64,000 nt of DNA, taken from contig CAWFAC010000014.1 of the NCBI GenBank assembly GCA_963813625.1, positions 5,187-69,186 on the forward strand, in the 5' to 3' direction. A model generated the notes under the pieces. The model saw only the letters and a program-made list of their open reading frames with translations, made no database searches and was not told where the DNA came from. The stretch is from an uncultured Solirubrobacteraceae bacterium. Lineage in GTDB: Bacteria > Actinomycetota > Thermoleophilia > Solirubrobacterales > Solirubrobacteraceae. Both the position numbers and the translations under genes were made by a program. This document shows positions 55,197 through 64,000 of the stretch, piece by piece. The stretch's first letter is position 1, and every line of letters begins with the position of its first letter.

Positions 55197-56441
55197 CTAC
55201 TCCACGCCGACGGTGCCCTCGCCGGCGAGCTCGAACGCGCTGTGCAGGGCCTGAACCGCGTGCTCCACACGGCCGCGGTCGATCACGCACGAGATCTTGA
55301 TCGGCGAGGTCGAGATCATGTCGATGTTGACGCCCTCGTGGGCGAGCACGCCGAACACCTTCGCCGCGACGCCCGGGTGCGAGCGCATACCCGCGCCGAT
55401 GATCGACACCTTGCCCATGTCCTCGTGCGCGGTCATCTGCGTGAACGCCTCGCCGGTGAGCGGCTCGAGCGCCGCGCGCGCCACGCGCAGGTCCTCGCGC
55501 GGGACCGTGAACGAGATCTCCGCGCGCCCTCCCGCCGAGACGGGCTCGTTCTGGACGATCATGTCCACGTTCACGTTGGCCTGGGCGAGCGCCTCGAAGA
55601 TTCGCGCGGCAGCGCCCGGCGCATCTGGCACGCCCGTGAGCGTGACCCTCGCTTCCGAGGTCGAGTGCGTGACTGCTGTGATCAGCGGTTGCTCCATCGT
55701 GTCTCCTTCCGCGACCACAAAGGTACCGGGCTGCTCGTCGAAGGACGAGCGGCAGTGGATGCGCACGCCGTGGTTGCGCGCGTACTCGACCGAGCGCAGC
55801 TGCAGCACCCCCGCCCCGGAGGCGGCCATCTCGAGCATCTCCTCGAAGGACACCGCGCTCAGCTTGCGCGCGTCCGGCACGATCCGCGGGTCGGCCGTGT
55901 AGACGCCCGCGACGTCGGTGTAGATTTCGCATACCTCCGCGCCCAGCGCCGCCGCCACCGCCACCGCGCTCGTGTCCGAGCCGCCGCGACCGAGCGTGGT
56001 GACGTTCCTGGCGCTGCTGGAGACACCCTGGAAGCCCGCCACCAGCACGATGTGGTCCTGCTCGAGCGCCGCGCGAATGCGATCCGCGCGCACGTCCACG
56101 ATCAGCGCCTTGGTGTGAGACTCGTCGGTCACGATGCCCGCCTGCGAGCCGGTCAACGAGATCGCCCTATGGCCGAGGTCGTGGATCGCCATCGCGCACA
56201 GCGCGCACGAGATCCGCTCGCCGGAGGACAGCAGCATGTCCATCTCGCGCGGATCCGGCGCCGCCGAGACCTCCTCGGCCATCGCGATCAGCTCGTCGGT
56301 CGTCTTGCCCCGCGCGGACAGCACCGCCACCACGCGGTGGCCGTGCTCGCGCTTGTCCACGATCCGCGAGGCCGCGCGCTTCACGCGCTCGGCGTCAGCG
56401 ACCGACGTGCCGCCGAACTTCATCACGATCACAGAAGACAC
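55197..56441 (-). CDS. lysC: Aspartate kinase
   Basis: VMKFGGTSV, TLGRGGSDTSA, YTDVAGVYTADP, two ACT domains. Confidence 0.95.
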   Translation of the reverse strand: MSSVIVMKFGGTSVADAERVKRAASRIVDKREHGHRVVAVLSARGKTTDELIAMAEEVSAAPDPREMDMLLSSGERISCALCAMAIHDLGHRAISLTGSQAGIVTDESHTKALIVDVRADRIRAALEQDHIVLVAGFQGVSSSARNVTTLGRGGSDTSAVAVAAALGAEVCEIYTDVAGVYTADPRIVPDARKLSAVSFEEMLEMAASGAGVLQLRSVEYARNHGVRIHCRSSFDEQPGTFVVAEGDTMEQPLITAVTHSTSEARVTLTGVPDAPGAAARIFEALAQANVNVDMIVQNEPVSAGGRAEISFTVPREDLRVARAALEPLTGEAFTQMTAHEDMGKVSIIGAGMRSHPGVAAKVFGVLAHEGVNIDMISTSPIKISCVIDRGRVEHAVQALHSAFELAGEGTVGVE

Positions 56442-56451
56442 GCGCCGAGAA

Positions 56452-57120
56452 TTACACAGCGCGGCGCCCGGCGAAGGCCTTGCCGAGCGTCACCTCGTCC
56501 GCGTACTCGAGGTCCGAGCCAACCGGCAGGCCGCTGGCCAGCCGCGTGACCTTGACGTCAGGAGAGCGGGTGTGCAGCTCCTCGGCGACGTGCAGCGCGG
56601 TGGCTTCGCCGGTGGTGGTCGGGTTGGTCGCCAGCACGACCTCCCTGACCGCAACGCCCACGCCCACGCCCACGCCCACGTGCGCGTCTGCGTCGGCGCC
56701 GCTGCCCGAGGCCACGCGCGCGAACAGCTCCGCGATCTTGAGGTCCTCAGCGTCGACGCCGTCGATCGGGGACAGCGCGCCGCCGAGCACGTGGTAAACG
56801 CCCTGGTACTCGTGCGTGCGCTCCATCGGGATCACGTCGCTGGGCTCCTCCACGACGCAGATCAGCTCGTGGTCGCGGCGAGGGTCATCGCAGATTCGAC
56901 AGCGCGCCTCGTCCGTGAGGTTGAAGCACACCTCGCACAGCCCGATCCTCTCCTTCACCTCGACGATCGCCTGCGCCAGCGCGGTGGCGTCCTCACCGGA
57001 CGCGCGCAGGATGTGGAAGGCCAGGCGCTGCGCCGTGCGGCTGCCCACGCCCGGAAGCTTCGACAGCTCCGTCACGAGCCTCTGCACAGGCGGCGCGTAA
57101 GAGGTGCTCAACGGGTTCAC
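56452..57120 (-). CDS. recR: Recombination mediator RecR
   Basis: LPGVGSRTAQRLAF, CEVC...CRIC, YHVLGGALSP, EVVLATNPTTTGEATA. Confidence 0.96.
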   Translation of the reverse strand: MNPLSTSYAPPVQRLVTELSKLPGVGSRTAQRLAFHILRASGEDATALAQAIVEVKERIGLCEVCFNLTDEARCRICDDPRRDHELICVVEEPSDVIPMERTHEYQGVYHVLGGALSPIDGVDAEDLKIAELFARVASGSGADADAHVGVGVGVGVAVREVVLATNPTTTGEATALHVAEELHTRSPDVKVTRLASGLPVGSDLEYADEVTLGKAFAGRRAV

Positions 57121-57467
57121 AGGCCCGGCAGGCCCAGGCCGCCGAGTCCGCCCAGGTCCAGGCCGCCCGTCGCGCCGCCCAGCTTGCGCTCCGCCAGCTC
57201 CTGAGCCATCCGCAGCGCCTCGTTGACCGCCGCCAGCACCATGTCGGCGAGTATCTCCACGTCCTCGGGGTCGACGGCCGACGGGTCGATCCTGATCTCC
57301 CGCAGCACCAGGTCGCCGCTCGCCTTGACCGTGACCATGCCGCCGCCCGCCGACGCCTCCACGATCTCGCGCTTCAGCTCCTCCTGCGCGAGCTCCATGT
57401 CCTTCTGCATCTGCTGGACCTGGGCCATCATCTGCTGCATGTTCGGCATCCGCGGCTGCTTTCCCAT
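57117..57467 (-). CDS. ybaB: YbaB/EbfC nucleoid-associated protein
   Basis: ASAGGGMVTVKASG...DVEILADMVLAAVNEA, located between dnaX and recR. Confidence 0.95.
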   Translation of the reverse strand: MGKQPRMPNMQQMMAQVQQMQKDMELAQEELKREIVEASAGGGMVTVKASGDLVLREIRIDPSAVDPEDVEILADMVLAAVNEALRMAQELAERKLGGATGGLDLGGLGGLGLPGL

Positions 57468-59245
57468 CAGGCGCCTTTCTCGTCGCTGGTCACGGCCCGC
57501 GCGCCGCGCTCATGCTCGTGCTCGTGCCCGTCAGCCGGCGCAGGCTCGCGCTCGCCCGGGAGCTCCTCAGCGTCGAATTCGCTCATGAAGCGCGCCACCC
57601 ACTCCTCATCCGAGCGCGCTGACGGTTCGGGCCGGTCAGCGGACCCAGACTCTTCGCGCAGCTCGTAGGTCAGCCGCCAGCGCTCGCCCGTCAGCGCGCG
57701 CAGCGCCTCTCCGACCGCCGCACGGTGGGCCGGATCCTCAGCTTTTTTTTTCGAGAGCGAGGAGGTGACCGCCAGCGTCAGCTCCTCGCCGTCCACCGCC
57801 ACCGGGCGCGCCTCGCCAATCACCGCACCCAGCAGCCCGTTCTCGCTGCGCACCAGGTCGACCACCGCCGGCCAGAACGCGTAGACCGACTCGATGTCCC
57901 GCGGCACCCGATCGACGGCCTCGGGCGCAGGCTGCGGGCGCTCTTCGCTCTGCGCCGGCGCCTCTGCCGAGGGCTGCGGGCGCTCTTCGCTCCGCACCGG
58001 CGCCTCCTCCGACACCGCGCCATCGATCGCGGCCGCCGCAGGCGGCCCCTTAAAATCGCTGTCGTCACTGGCGGTGGGCGTGCCGCGCTCGAGCCGCTCG
58101 AGCCGCGCGAGCAGCGCCCGCATCGAGCTATCGGCCTCGGGCCTGGCGGCCTTCACCAGCGCGAGCTCCAGACGCGTGCGCGCGTCAGCGCCCGCGCGCA
58201 CGGCCTCCATCGCCTCGCCGAGCAGCTCCAGCAGCCGGATCACCGCCGCGTGGTCCACGCGCTCTGCCTGCTCGCGCAGCGCGGTGTCGGCCTCGGGCGT
58301 GAGCGAGAGCTCGTCGGGCAGCTCGCCGAGCGTCTGCACGACGAGCAGCTCGCGCGCGCGACCCTCCAGGTCGGAGGCGAACGAGCCCGCGTCGCGCCCC
58401 TGCTCGGCACACTCCTCAAGCGCCTTCAGCGCGTGCTTGGCGTCGCCGGTGGCGACCGCGTCGATCGTCTCTTCCAACAGCCGCGCGTCGGCCACGCCGA
58501 GCACCGCCAGCACGTCCTGCAGCTCTATCTCCGAGCCGCTGTAGGTCACCAGCTGCTCCAGCGTGCCCAGCGCGTCGCGGAAGCTGCCCGTCGCCGAGCG
58601 CGCCAGCGCCGCCACCGCCGCCGGCGGGATCTCGATCGACTCCGCCGCCGCCGCCCGCCGCACGACGCTCGCGATCTGCTCGACCGTCGGGCGGTGGAAG
58701 TCAAAGCGATGGCAGCGGTCCACGACCGTCGCCGGGACCTTGCTCGCCTCCGTCGTCGCCAGCACGAACACCGTGTTCGGCGGCGGCTCCTCGAGCGTCT
58801 TCAGGAACGCGTTCCATGCGGCCGTCGACAGCATGTGGGCCTCGTCCAGGATGTACACCTTGCGCCGCCCGCTCACCGGCGCGTATGCCACGCTCTCGCG
58901 CAGCTCGCGGATGTCGTCCACCGAGTTGTTCGACGCCGCGTCCATCTCGATCACGTCCAGCGAGCTCGCCCGCGCGATCGACACGCACGACTCGCACTGC
59001 CCGCAAGGCTCGATCGTAGGCCCGCGCTCGCAGTTCAAGCACGCAGCCAGGATCTTGGCCATCGATGTCTTGCCCGTACCGCGCGAGCCCACGAACAGGT
59101 ACGCGTGGTGCACCCTCCCGCGCTCAACCGCGTTGCGCAGCGTCCTCACCACCGGCTCCTGGCCGACCACCTCGGCGAACGTGCGGGGCCGGTGTCTGCG
59201 GTACAGCGACCGCTGCTGGTCCTGTGGCTGCTCCTCTGGCGACAC
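57467..59245 (-). CDS. dnaX: DNA polymerase III subunit gamma/tau
   Basis: LYRRHRPRTF, GSRGTGKTS, CxxC, EMDAAS, DEAHML, FLKTLEEPP. Confidence 0.96.
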   Translation of the reverse strand: MSPEEQPQDQQRSLYRRHRPRTFAEVVGQEPVVRTLRNAVERGRVHHAYLFVGSRGTGKTSMAKILAACLNCERGPTIEPCGQCESCVSIARASSLDVIEMDAASNNSVDDIRELRESVAYAPVSGRRKVYILDEAHMLSTAAWNAFLKTLEEPPPNTVFVLATTEASKVPATVVDRCHRFDFHRPTVEQIASVVRRAAAAESIEIPPAAVAALARSATGSFRDALGTLEQLVTYSGSEIELQDVLAVLGVADARLLEETIDAVATGDAKHALKALEECAEQGRDAGSFASDLEGRARELLVVQTLGELPDELSLTPEADTALREQAERVDHAAVIRLLELLGEAMEAVRAGADARTRLELALVKAARPEADSSMRALLARLERLERGTPTASDDSDFKGPPAAAAIDGAVSEEAPVRSEERPQPSAEAPAQSEERPQPAPEAVDRVPRDIESVYAFWPAVVDLVRSENGLLGAVIGEARPVAVDGEELTLAVTSSLSKKKAEDPAHRAAVGEALRALTGERWRLTYELREESGSADRPEPSARSDEEWVARFMSEFDAEELPGEREPAPADGHEHEHERGARAVTSDEKGA

Positions 59246-59250
59246 CGTTC

Positions 59251-59268
59251 GCCTGAGTCTACTCAGGC
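59251..59268. promoter_or_regulatory. Palindrome overlapping the candidate dnaX -10
   Basis: GCCTGAGT-CT-ACTCAGGC. TAGACT (minus, 59261-59256) lies 10 nt before GTG 59245. Confidence 0.55.
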
Positions 59269-59315
59269 CGGTGGGCAGGCTCGATCACCCGCGCAAGCGG
59301 GTAGCGTCCGCGCCC

Positions 59316-60737
59316 ATGAGCGACTCGATCAAGCGCGTCGGCGGACGCCTGGCCGGGCGCTGGGCGGACCTGTCGGCGATCATCGCCGGCGCGCTGCTGC
59401 TGCGCGTGATCAGCGGCGTCGCGTTCGCCAACTACGACACCCTGTACGCGCTCGCCTGGGGTGGGCAGCTCGCGCGCGGGCAGACCCCCGCCTACGACGT
59501 CCCGATCGCTCCCACGCCCCACCCACTCGTCGAGGCGCTCGGCCTGGTGCTCTCGCCGCTCGGGCCGCGCGGCGTCGAGGACGTGACCGTCGCGCTCGGC
59601 TTCCTCGCGCTGTCCGCCTGCGGCTGGGTGATCTACCGACTCGGCGCGCAGTGGTTCGGGCGCGCCGCCGGCGCCCTCGCCGCGCTGATCTTCCTCACCC
59701 GCGTCCCCGTGCTCTCCTACGGCGTGCGCGCCTACGTGGACCTCCCCTACCTGCTGCTGGTGCTCGCCGCGCTGCTCGTCGAGTCCCGCCGCAAGCGCGC
59801 CGGCGCGCCCGTGCTCGCGCTGCTGGCGCTCGCCGGGCTGCTGCGCCCGGAGGCGTGGGCGTTCTCGGGGCTTTACTGGCTGTACCTAAAAGACCGGACG
59901 CCCCGCCTGGCGCTGCTCGCGCTCGCCGCGCCGCTCGTGTGGGTGCTCAGCGACCTGCTCATCACCGGCGACCCGCTGTGGTCGCTGACCAACACCCGCC
60001 ACACCGCCTCCACGCTCGGCCGCGCGAGCGGGATCGCCAACGTGCCCGAGTACATCCCCCGGCGGATCGGCGAAATCCTGCGTCCGCCCGTGCTCGCCGG
60101 TGCGGCGCTCGGCGGTGTGCTGTCGCTGCTGTGGCTACGCCGCCGCGCGCTGCCCGCGGCCGTGGCGGGCGTGGTGGCGGTGGTCGTGTTCGCCGCGTTC
60201 GCCTCGATCGGCCTGCCGATCAACAGCCGCTACGCGTTCCTCGCGTCCGCGATCCTGTGCATCTTCTGCGGCGCCTGCGTGTTCGGCTGGACGCGCTTGG
60301 CCCGGGGCGATCCGCGGCGGCGCTGGTGGATGGCGGCCGGGGCGCTCGTGCTGGTGGCGCTGCTCGCCGCAGCGCCGGGTCAGTATCGCTCAGCCCACGC
60401 CGAACTGAGCAAACTGGCGCGGCAGCAGAGCATCGAAGACGACCTGCTCGCGCTCGTCAACAGCCACGCGATCAACCTGCGCTGCGGACCCGTAGGCGTG
60501 CCCAACCACGCCCCCATCCCCCTGCTGGCGCTGTACCTGCGGGCCAGCCCGCGCAGCATCGTGAGCCTGCAGGCGGGGCACATCGCCTCCGGCGTCTACG
60601 TCGATCCGGCCGACAGCGAAGTCGAACAGGACTACGTGCTCGACCCCCACGACCCGCACCAGGCGGTGTCCGTGCCGCCGGGCTTCACCGCGTCCGCCAC
60701 CAACCGTTCGTGGTTGATCTTCCGGCGCTGCGCTTAG
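59316..60737 (+). CDS. Polytopic membrane protein, probable GT-C (GT39/PMT-like) glycosyltransferase
   Basis: NYDTLYALAWG luminal loop, 10+ TM segments, LRPEAW. TAGCGT lies 8 nt before ATG 59316. Confidence 0.72.
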   Translation: MSDSIKRVGGRLAGRWADLSAIIAGALLLRVISGVAFANYDTLYALAWGGQLARGQTPAYDVPIAPTPHPLVEALGLVLSPLGPRGVEDVTVALGFLALSACGWVIYRLGAQWFGRAAGALAALIFLTRVPVLSYGVRAYVDLPYLLLVLAALLVESRRKRAGAPVLALLALAGLLRPEAWAFSGLYWLYLKDRTPRLALLALAAPLVWVLSDLLITGDPLWSLTNTRHTASTLGRASGIANVPEYIPRRIGEILRPPVLAGAALGGVLSLLWLRRRALPAAVAGVVAVVVFAAFASIGLPINSRYAFLASAILCIFCGACVFGWTRLARGDPRRRWWMAAGALVLVALLAAAPGQYRSAHAELSKLARQQSIEDDLLALVNSHAINLRCGPVGVPNHAPIPLLALYLRASPRSIVSLQAGHIASGVYVDPADSEVEQDYVLDPHDPHQAVSVPPGFTASATNRSWLIFRRCA

Positions 60738-60738
60738 T

Positions 60739-61012
60739 GGACCGTGCACCCCTCGTCGAGACCCACAGCACCCGGCGCAGATCGCCGCCCACGACTCCGA
60801 TCCGGGAGCTCCCGCTGCGCCTGCCGGTGGTCGCTTAAGGCTGCTTCCTTCCGGACCTGACCTGATTCGCAAGCCGACACCGCGCGGGACCCGGACCATC
60901 GACGCCCCGAGCGACGGAGCGACCGGGACCGGAAACCCTCGGAGGGGAATTCAGCCCCGCTAGAGCGGATTGCGGATACAGGGCACCGCTACCTCCCCGC
61001 CTAGCACGGTCC
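60739..61012 (-). ncRNA. ffs: Signal recognition particle RNA, large Alu-containing type
   Basis: 5' GGACCGTGCTAGGCGGGGAGGTAGCGGTGCCCTGTATCCGCAATCCGCTCTAGCGGG (Alu), helix 8 TCAGGTCCGGAAGGAAGCAGC, 3' GGTGCACGGTCC pairs with the 5' end. TACGAT -10 upstream. Confidence 0.93.
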
Positions 61013-61064
61013 ACGATGATCGTAACGCACACGGAGCGGGCGAGTTCCGGTAGGCTGCCCGGCC

Positions 61065-61670
61065 GTGACCAACTTCAACACCCTCCCCCCCACCATCCGC
61101 TCCCGCGCCGGCCTAGCTGCTGCGGTGCTCGGCGCGGCCGTCCTGATCGCCGGTTGCGGCTCGAGCGGCTCATCGAGCACGATCACCGTTGGCAACGAGA
61201 ACACCTCGGACAACGCGCTGATCACCAGCGGCGAAAAAGCGAGCACCACGGGCGCCTCCACAACTGCCACAACCGCTACCACGCCGACCAGCGGCGCGCT
61301 GTCCAAAGAGCCGACCGTCACGCCGCCGTCGGGGGCATCGCCCACCACCCTGGTGAGCAAGGACCTGATCGTCGGCACGGGTCCGGAAGCCAAGGCGGGC
61401 GACACTGTGACGGTCAACTACGTCGGCGTCCTGTTCAAAGGCGGCAAAGTGTTCGACGCCTCCTGGAGTCGCCACGAACCGTCGACGTTCTCGCTCAACC
61501 AAGTCATCCCCGGCTGGACCAAAGGCATTCCGGGCATGAAGGTGGGCGGACGTCGAGAGCTAATCATCCCGGGACCGCTGGCCTACGGCGCCGCGGGCCA
61601 CCCGCCCACGATCCCGCCGAACGCGACGCTGGTGTTCGTGATCGATCTGCTCGGCGTCTCTACAGGCTGA
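61065..61670 (+). CDS. FKBP-type peptidyl-prolyl isomerase lipoprotein
   Basis: Lipobox IAGC, VTVNYVG, FDASW, VIPGWTKGIPGMKVGGRRELIIP, AYG, TLVFVIDL. Confidence 0.93.
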   Translation: MTNFNTLPPTIRSRAGLAAAVLGAAVLIAGCGSSGSSSTITVGNENTSDNALITSGEKASTTGASTTATTATTPTSGALSKEPTVTPPSGASPTTLVSKDLIVGTGPEAKAGDTVTVNYVGVLFKGGKVFDASWSRHEPSTFSLNQVIPGWTKGIPGMKVGGRRELIIPGPLAYGAAGHPPTIPPNATLVFVIDLLGVSTG

Positions 61671-61693
61671 GGGCACCCGCGCGCAAGAGCGCA

Positions 61694-62353
61694 TTGCGTG
61701 GCGCGGCGCTGCTGATGTTGAGCGGCGCCGCGATCGCTGCCAGCGGCTGCGGCAGCAGTCACAGCGCCACGCCGCAAGCGCTGCGGCTCGAACGCGCCGA
61801 CCTGGTCGCCGTGTCGCGGGCGCTCAACAGCGCCGCGCGTTCGGTGGGCAGCGAGGTGGCGGCCACCAAGGTCGCGTGGCCGCTCGTCGCCAATGGGCTG
61901 CCGGCCGACACGAGCACGATCTCGCGTCCGGCGATCCACACAGCAGCCGAGCGAGCCGCCGCGCTCCGCCTGCCCGCGCTGTTCGAAGAACGCGAGGCCG
62001 CCTCGCTCACCGGGCCGGGCTCCTCTCTCGCCGGCCTGTTCCGCGCCTACAGCGGCCTGAGCACGCACGGATGGCAGCTGATCGGCGCGGCCATCGAACA
62101 GATCGAACACGGCTCGCCGGTCGCAGCGCGCTTCGCGCGCGCAAACGTCGCCCTTTACATCGACAGCGTCTACGACGCCCACTTCGGTCTCGCGCAGGTC
62201 GGCAAGCACCTGGTGGCGGGCTACGAACAGCTCGGCGGCGCGTCTGCATTCGGGCCGTCGCTCACGCAGGCGGAAGTCGATCGCCTGGCTGGCACCTACT
62301 CGGAAGCGAGCGACCGGTTGCACCCGCACCCCGGGGTAAAGCTGGGGTCCTGA
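61694..62353 (+). CDS. Hypothetical lipoprotein
   Basis: LRGAALLMLSGAAIAASGC lipobox, helical body. Start TTG 61694 or ATG 61715. Confidence 0.65.
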   Translation: MRGAALLMLSGAAIAASGCGSSHSATPQALRLERADLVAVSRALNSAARSVGSEVAATKVAWPLVANGLPADTSTISRPAIHTAAERAAALRLPALFEEREAASLTGPGSSLAGLFRAYSGLSTHGWQLIGAAIEQIEHGSPVAARFARANVALYIDSVYDAHFGLAQVGKHLVAGYEQLGGASAFGPSLTQAEVDRLAGTYSEASDRLHPHPGVKLGS

Positions 62354-62391
62354 GCGACCGCGCGGCGCCGTCAAGCGGGTAGGGTCGGTCC

Positions 62392-62847
62392 GTGAGCGCG
62401 TTCGTGACCGCCGGCGCCGGGTTTCTCGTCGCGGTCCTGTGGTTCGACCTGATGTTCGATGTGCAGGTCCTCGCCCACCCTGGGCGCGAGCAGCTGCCCG
62501 ACGAGGTGCTCGCGTCGATCGCCCGCTACTACGCGCGCGTCACTACCGCTGCGCGGCCGATGAACCGGTTGATCGCCACCGTCATGCTGGCCACGCTCGC
62601 GGCAATCGTGGTGGAGATCGCAGCGGGCGAGCTCGACGCGTGGATCCCGTGGGTGTCGCTCGCGCTCGCGCTCCCGCCGATCGTGCTCGCGGCCACGCAC
62701 ACGGTGCCAAGCGCCGTGCAGCTCGGCACGCGGCGTGACCTCCCGCAACGCCAAAGCGCGGCCGCCAGATCGATATTCCGAGACCACGTATTCTGCGTCA
62801 CGTCGATCACCGCGCTGCTCGTGCTGCAGCTGGCGTTGGCGGGTTGA
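62392..62847 (+). CDS. Hypothetical 3-4 TM membrane protein
   Basis: Hydrophobic segments. TAGGGT lies 6 nt before the GTG. Confidence 0.72.
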   Translation: MSAFVTAGAGFLVAVLWFDLMFDVQVLAHPGREQLPDEVLASIARYYARVTTAARPMNRLIATVMLATLAAIVVEIAAGELDAWIPWVSLALALPPIVLAATHTVPSAVQLGTRRDLPQRQSAAARSIFRDHVFCVTSITALLVLQLALAG

Positions 62848-62881
62848 GCGCGGAGCCGCTCCAGGGCATCGAGCTGACCGA

Positions 62882-62928
62882 TCAACCCAGGGGTTGACGG
62901 CCGGATCAACCTGTGGTTCAACCCCTGG
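62882..62928. promoter_or_regulatory. TCAACC/GGTTGA repeat cluster upstream of the 62968 gene
   Basis: TCAACC-CAGG-GGTTGA dyad. CCAGGGGTTGA (62887-62897) and TCAACCCCTGG (62918-62928) form a perfect 11-bp inverted repeat. Confidence 0.6.
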
Positions 62929-62967
62929 ACCGACGACAAACAGCCGCTGTCGGCCGATGATGGCGGC

Positions 62968-63495
62968 ATGACAACTACCGATTACCTCATCAACGCAGTT
63001 TTCGTCTTCGTCGTTCTCCGCCAGGCGCGTGAGCGCCAGCTCGATGTTCGTAGTTTCGTCGTTCCGATGATCGTCGTGTTCTACGTCGCGCGGCTTTACG
63101 TGCACTCGATTCCGACCGCCGGCAACGACGTGGAGCTGGTTGCGCTGCTGTCCGCTGTGGGGCTGACCCTTGGTGTTCTGGGCGCGTTGGCAACGCACGT
63201 TCGCGCCGACAGCGATGGCGTCGCCTTCGCGCGTGTTGGCTGGCTCGCGGGGGCCCTCCTGATCGCGGGAATCTGCGCGAGGATGGTGTTCGTTTTCGCG
63301 GTGCACCATGGCGCCGAGCCGGAGATCCGCAGCTTCAGCATCGCGCACCACATAGGCGCCGCGGCGTGGCCACTTGCACTGGTTGCGATGGCTCTGTTCG
63401 AGGTCGCCGCTCGCTTGATCATCGTTCAGCTGCGCGGGCGCCGGCTGGCGGCCACGCAAGCGACGGCCCCGGTTGTGGCCGCTGCCGCGGCGTGA
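62968..63495 (+). CDS. Membrane protein, DUF1453/CcdC-like
   Basis: MTTTDYLINAVFVFVVLRQARERQLD...PTAGND, five TM segments. Family call from recollection. Confidence 0.7.
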   Translation: MTTTDYLINAVFVFVVLRQARERQLDVRSFVVPMIVVFYVARLYVHSIPTAGNDVELVALLSAVGLTLGVLGALATHVRADSDGVAFARVGWLAGALLIAGICARMVFVFAVHHGAEPEIRSFSIAHHIGAAAWPLALVAMALFEVAARLIIVQLRGRRLAATQATAPVVAAAAA

Positions 63496-63565
63496 TCCCC
63501 GCGACACCGTCCTGGTCGTCCGGCCCGCCTCGGCGGGCCGGATGCCGCTCTATCGTCTGCGACGG

Positions 63566-64000
63566 ATGACTGGGACCGAACAGCCCGCGAGGGCGGGCCA
63601 CGAGAGTCGGCGTGTGGCCGAGGCCCGCGCGCGAGCCCACCAGCGTCTAACTCGTCAGCGCGGCACGCTGCGGCCGCTCGGCTGGGCCGTGATAGTTGTG
63701 GTTGCGGCCGGCACTGCCGGCGGCGATCCTGCACCGGGGCTGCAGGGCCAGGCCGCCGTCGTGACGCTCGCGCTCGGCGCGTTTGCTGTCATGCTCGCGC
63801 TGGCGATTAGGGATCGGTTCGCGGAGCGCGGCTACGGCGTGCAGGCCGCGGTCATCTCGACGATGGGGGCCACGGGCGTGGCGCTTGCTGTGCTACAGCC
63901 GCGCGGCGCCACGTCGCTTGCCGCGGGAACGGCGGTGTGGATGGCGGTCGCCCGCCTGCCGTTGGCGCTCGGCGTAGGGCTAGGCGCTGCGATAACGGTC
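63566..64000 (+). CDS. Membrane protein, probable sensor histidine kinase N-terminus (truncated by window edge)
   Basis: Open frame from ATG 63566 to the end with several TM segments. The kinase core is not visible. Confidence 0.5.
   Translation, partial: MTGTEQPARAGHESRRVAEARARAHQRLTRQRGTLRPLGWAVIVVVAAGTAGGDPAPGLQGQAAVVTLALGAFAVMLALAIRDRFAERGYGVQAAVISTMGATGVALAVLQPRGATSLAAGTAVWMAVARLPLALGVGLGAAITV

Noticed and set aside
57725-60838. 1037-aa plus-strand ORF and the 5' half of 58563-60737
   Set aside because: Antisense to dnaX or off-frame to the membrane protein. Only 59316-60737 has credible composition.
61583-62374. 263-aa minus-strand ORF
   Set aside because: Shadow of the plus-strand lipoprotein, which has a lipobox and fits the operon direction.

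Overview
High-GC actinobacterial chromosome window. Gene content and order, the secreted-protein families and a long Alu-type SRP RNA suggest Thermoleophilia/Solirubrobacterales (inference). About 10-61 kb is mostly core genome: tRNA-fMet, tRNA-Leu(TAA), tRNA-Gln(TTG), ftsB-eno-prsA-like-mfd-pth-rplY-prs-glmU, ispE-rsmA-tatD-metG-rsmI, mdh-icd, a CCG-anchored sdhA-sdhB-hdrB-like operon, wecB, lysC-recR-ybaB-dnaX and ffs. The first ~10 kb, downstream of tRNA-fMet, is accessory: three secreted or surface protein genes, a TetR/wHTH regulator and an AbrB-Doc toxin-antitoxin pair. The main discovery is in the TetR gene, which is split by a 443-bp segment (8124-8566) bounded by perfect 26-bp inverted repeats. 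That segment carries a likely promoter, RBS and the first helix of the regulator on the opposite strand. Flipping it rebuilds an in-frame ~357-aa TetR with correct HTH spacing, so this is a candidate intragenic invertible switch beside a surface-protein cluster. No recombinase is in the window. Other oddities: four abutting CATG-centred perfect palindromes, pervasive leaderless promoters, a probable CTG start for pth, and several proteins with degenerate catalytic motifs. Coordinates and motifs were read by hand; no database searches were run.
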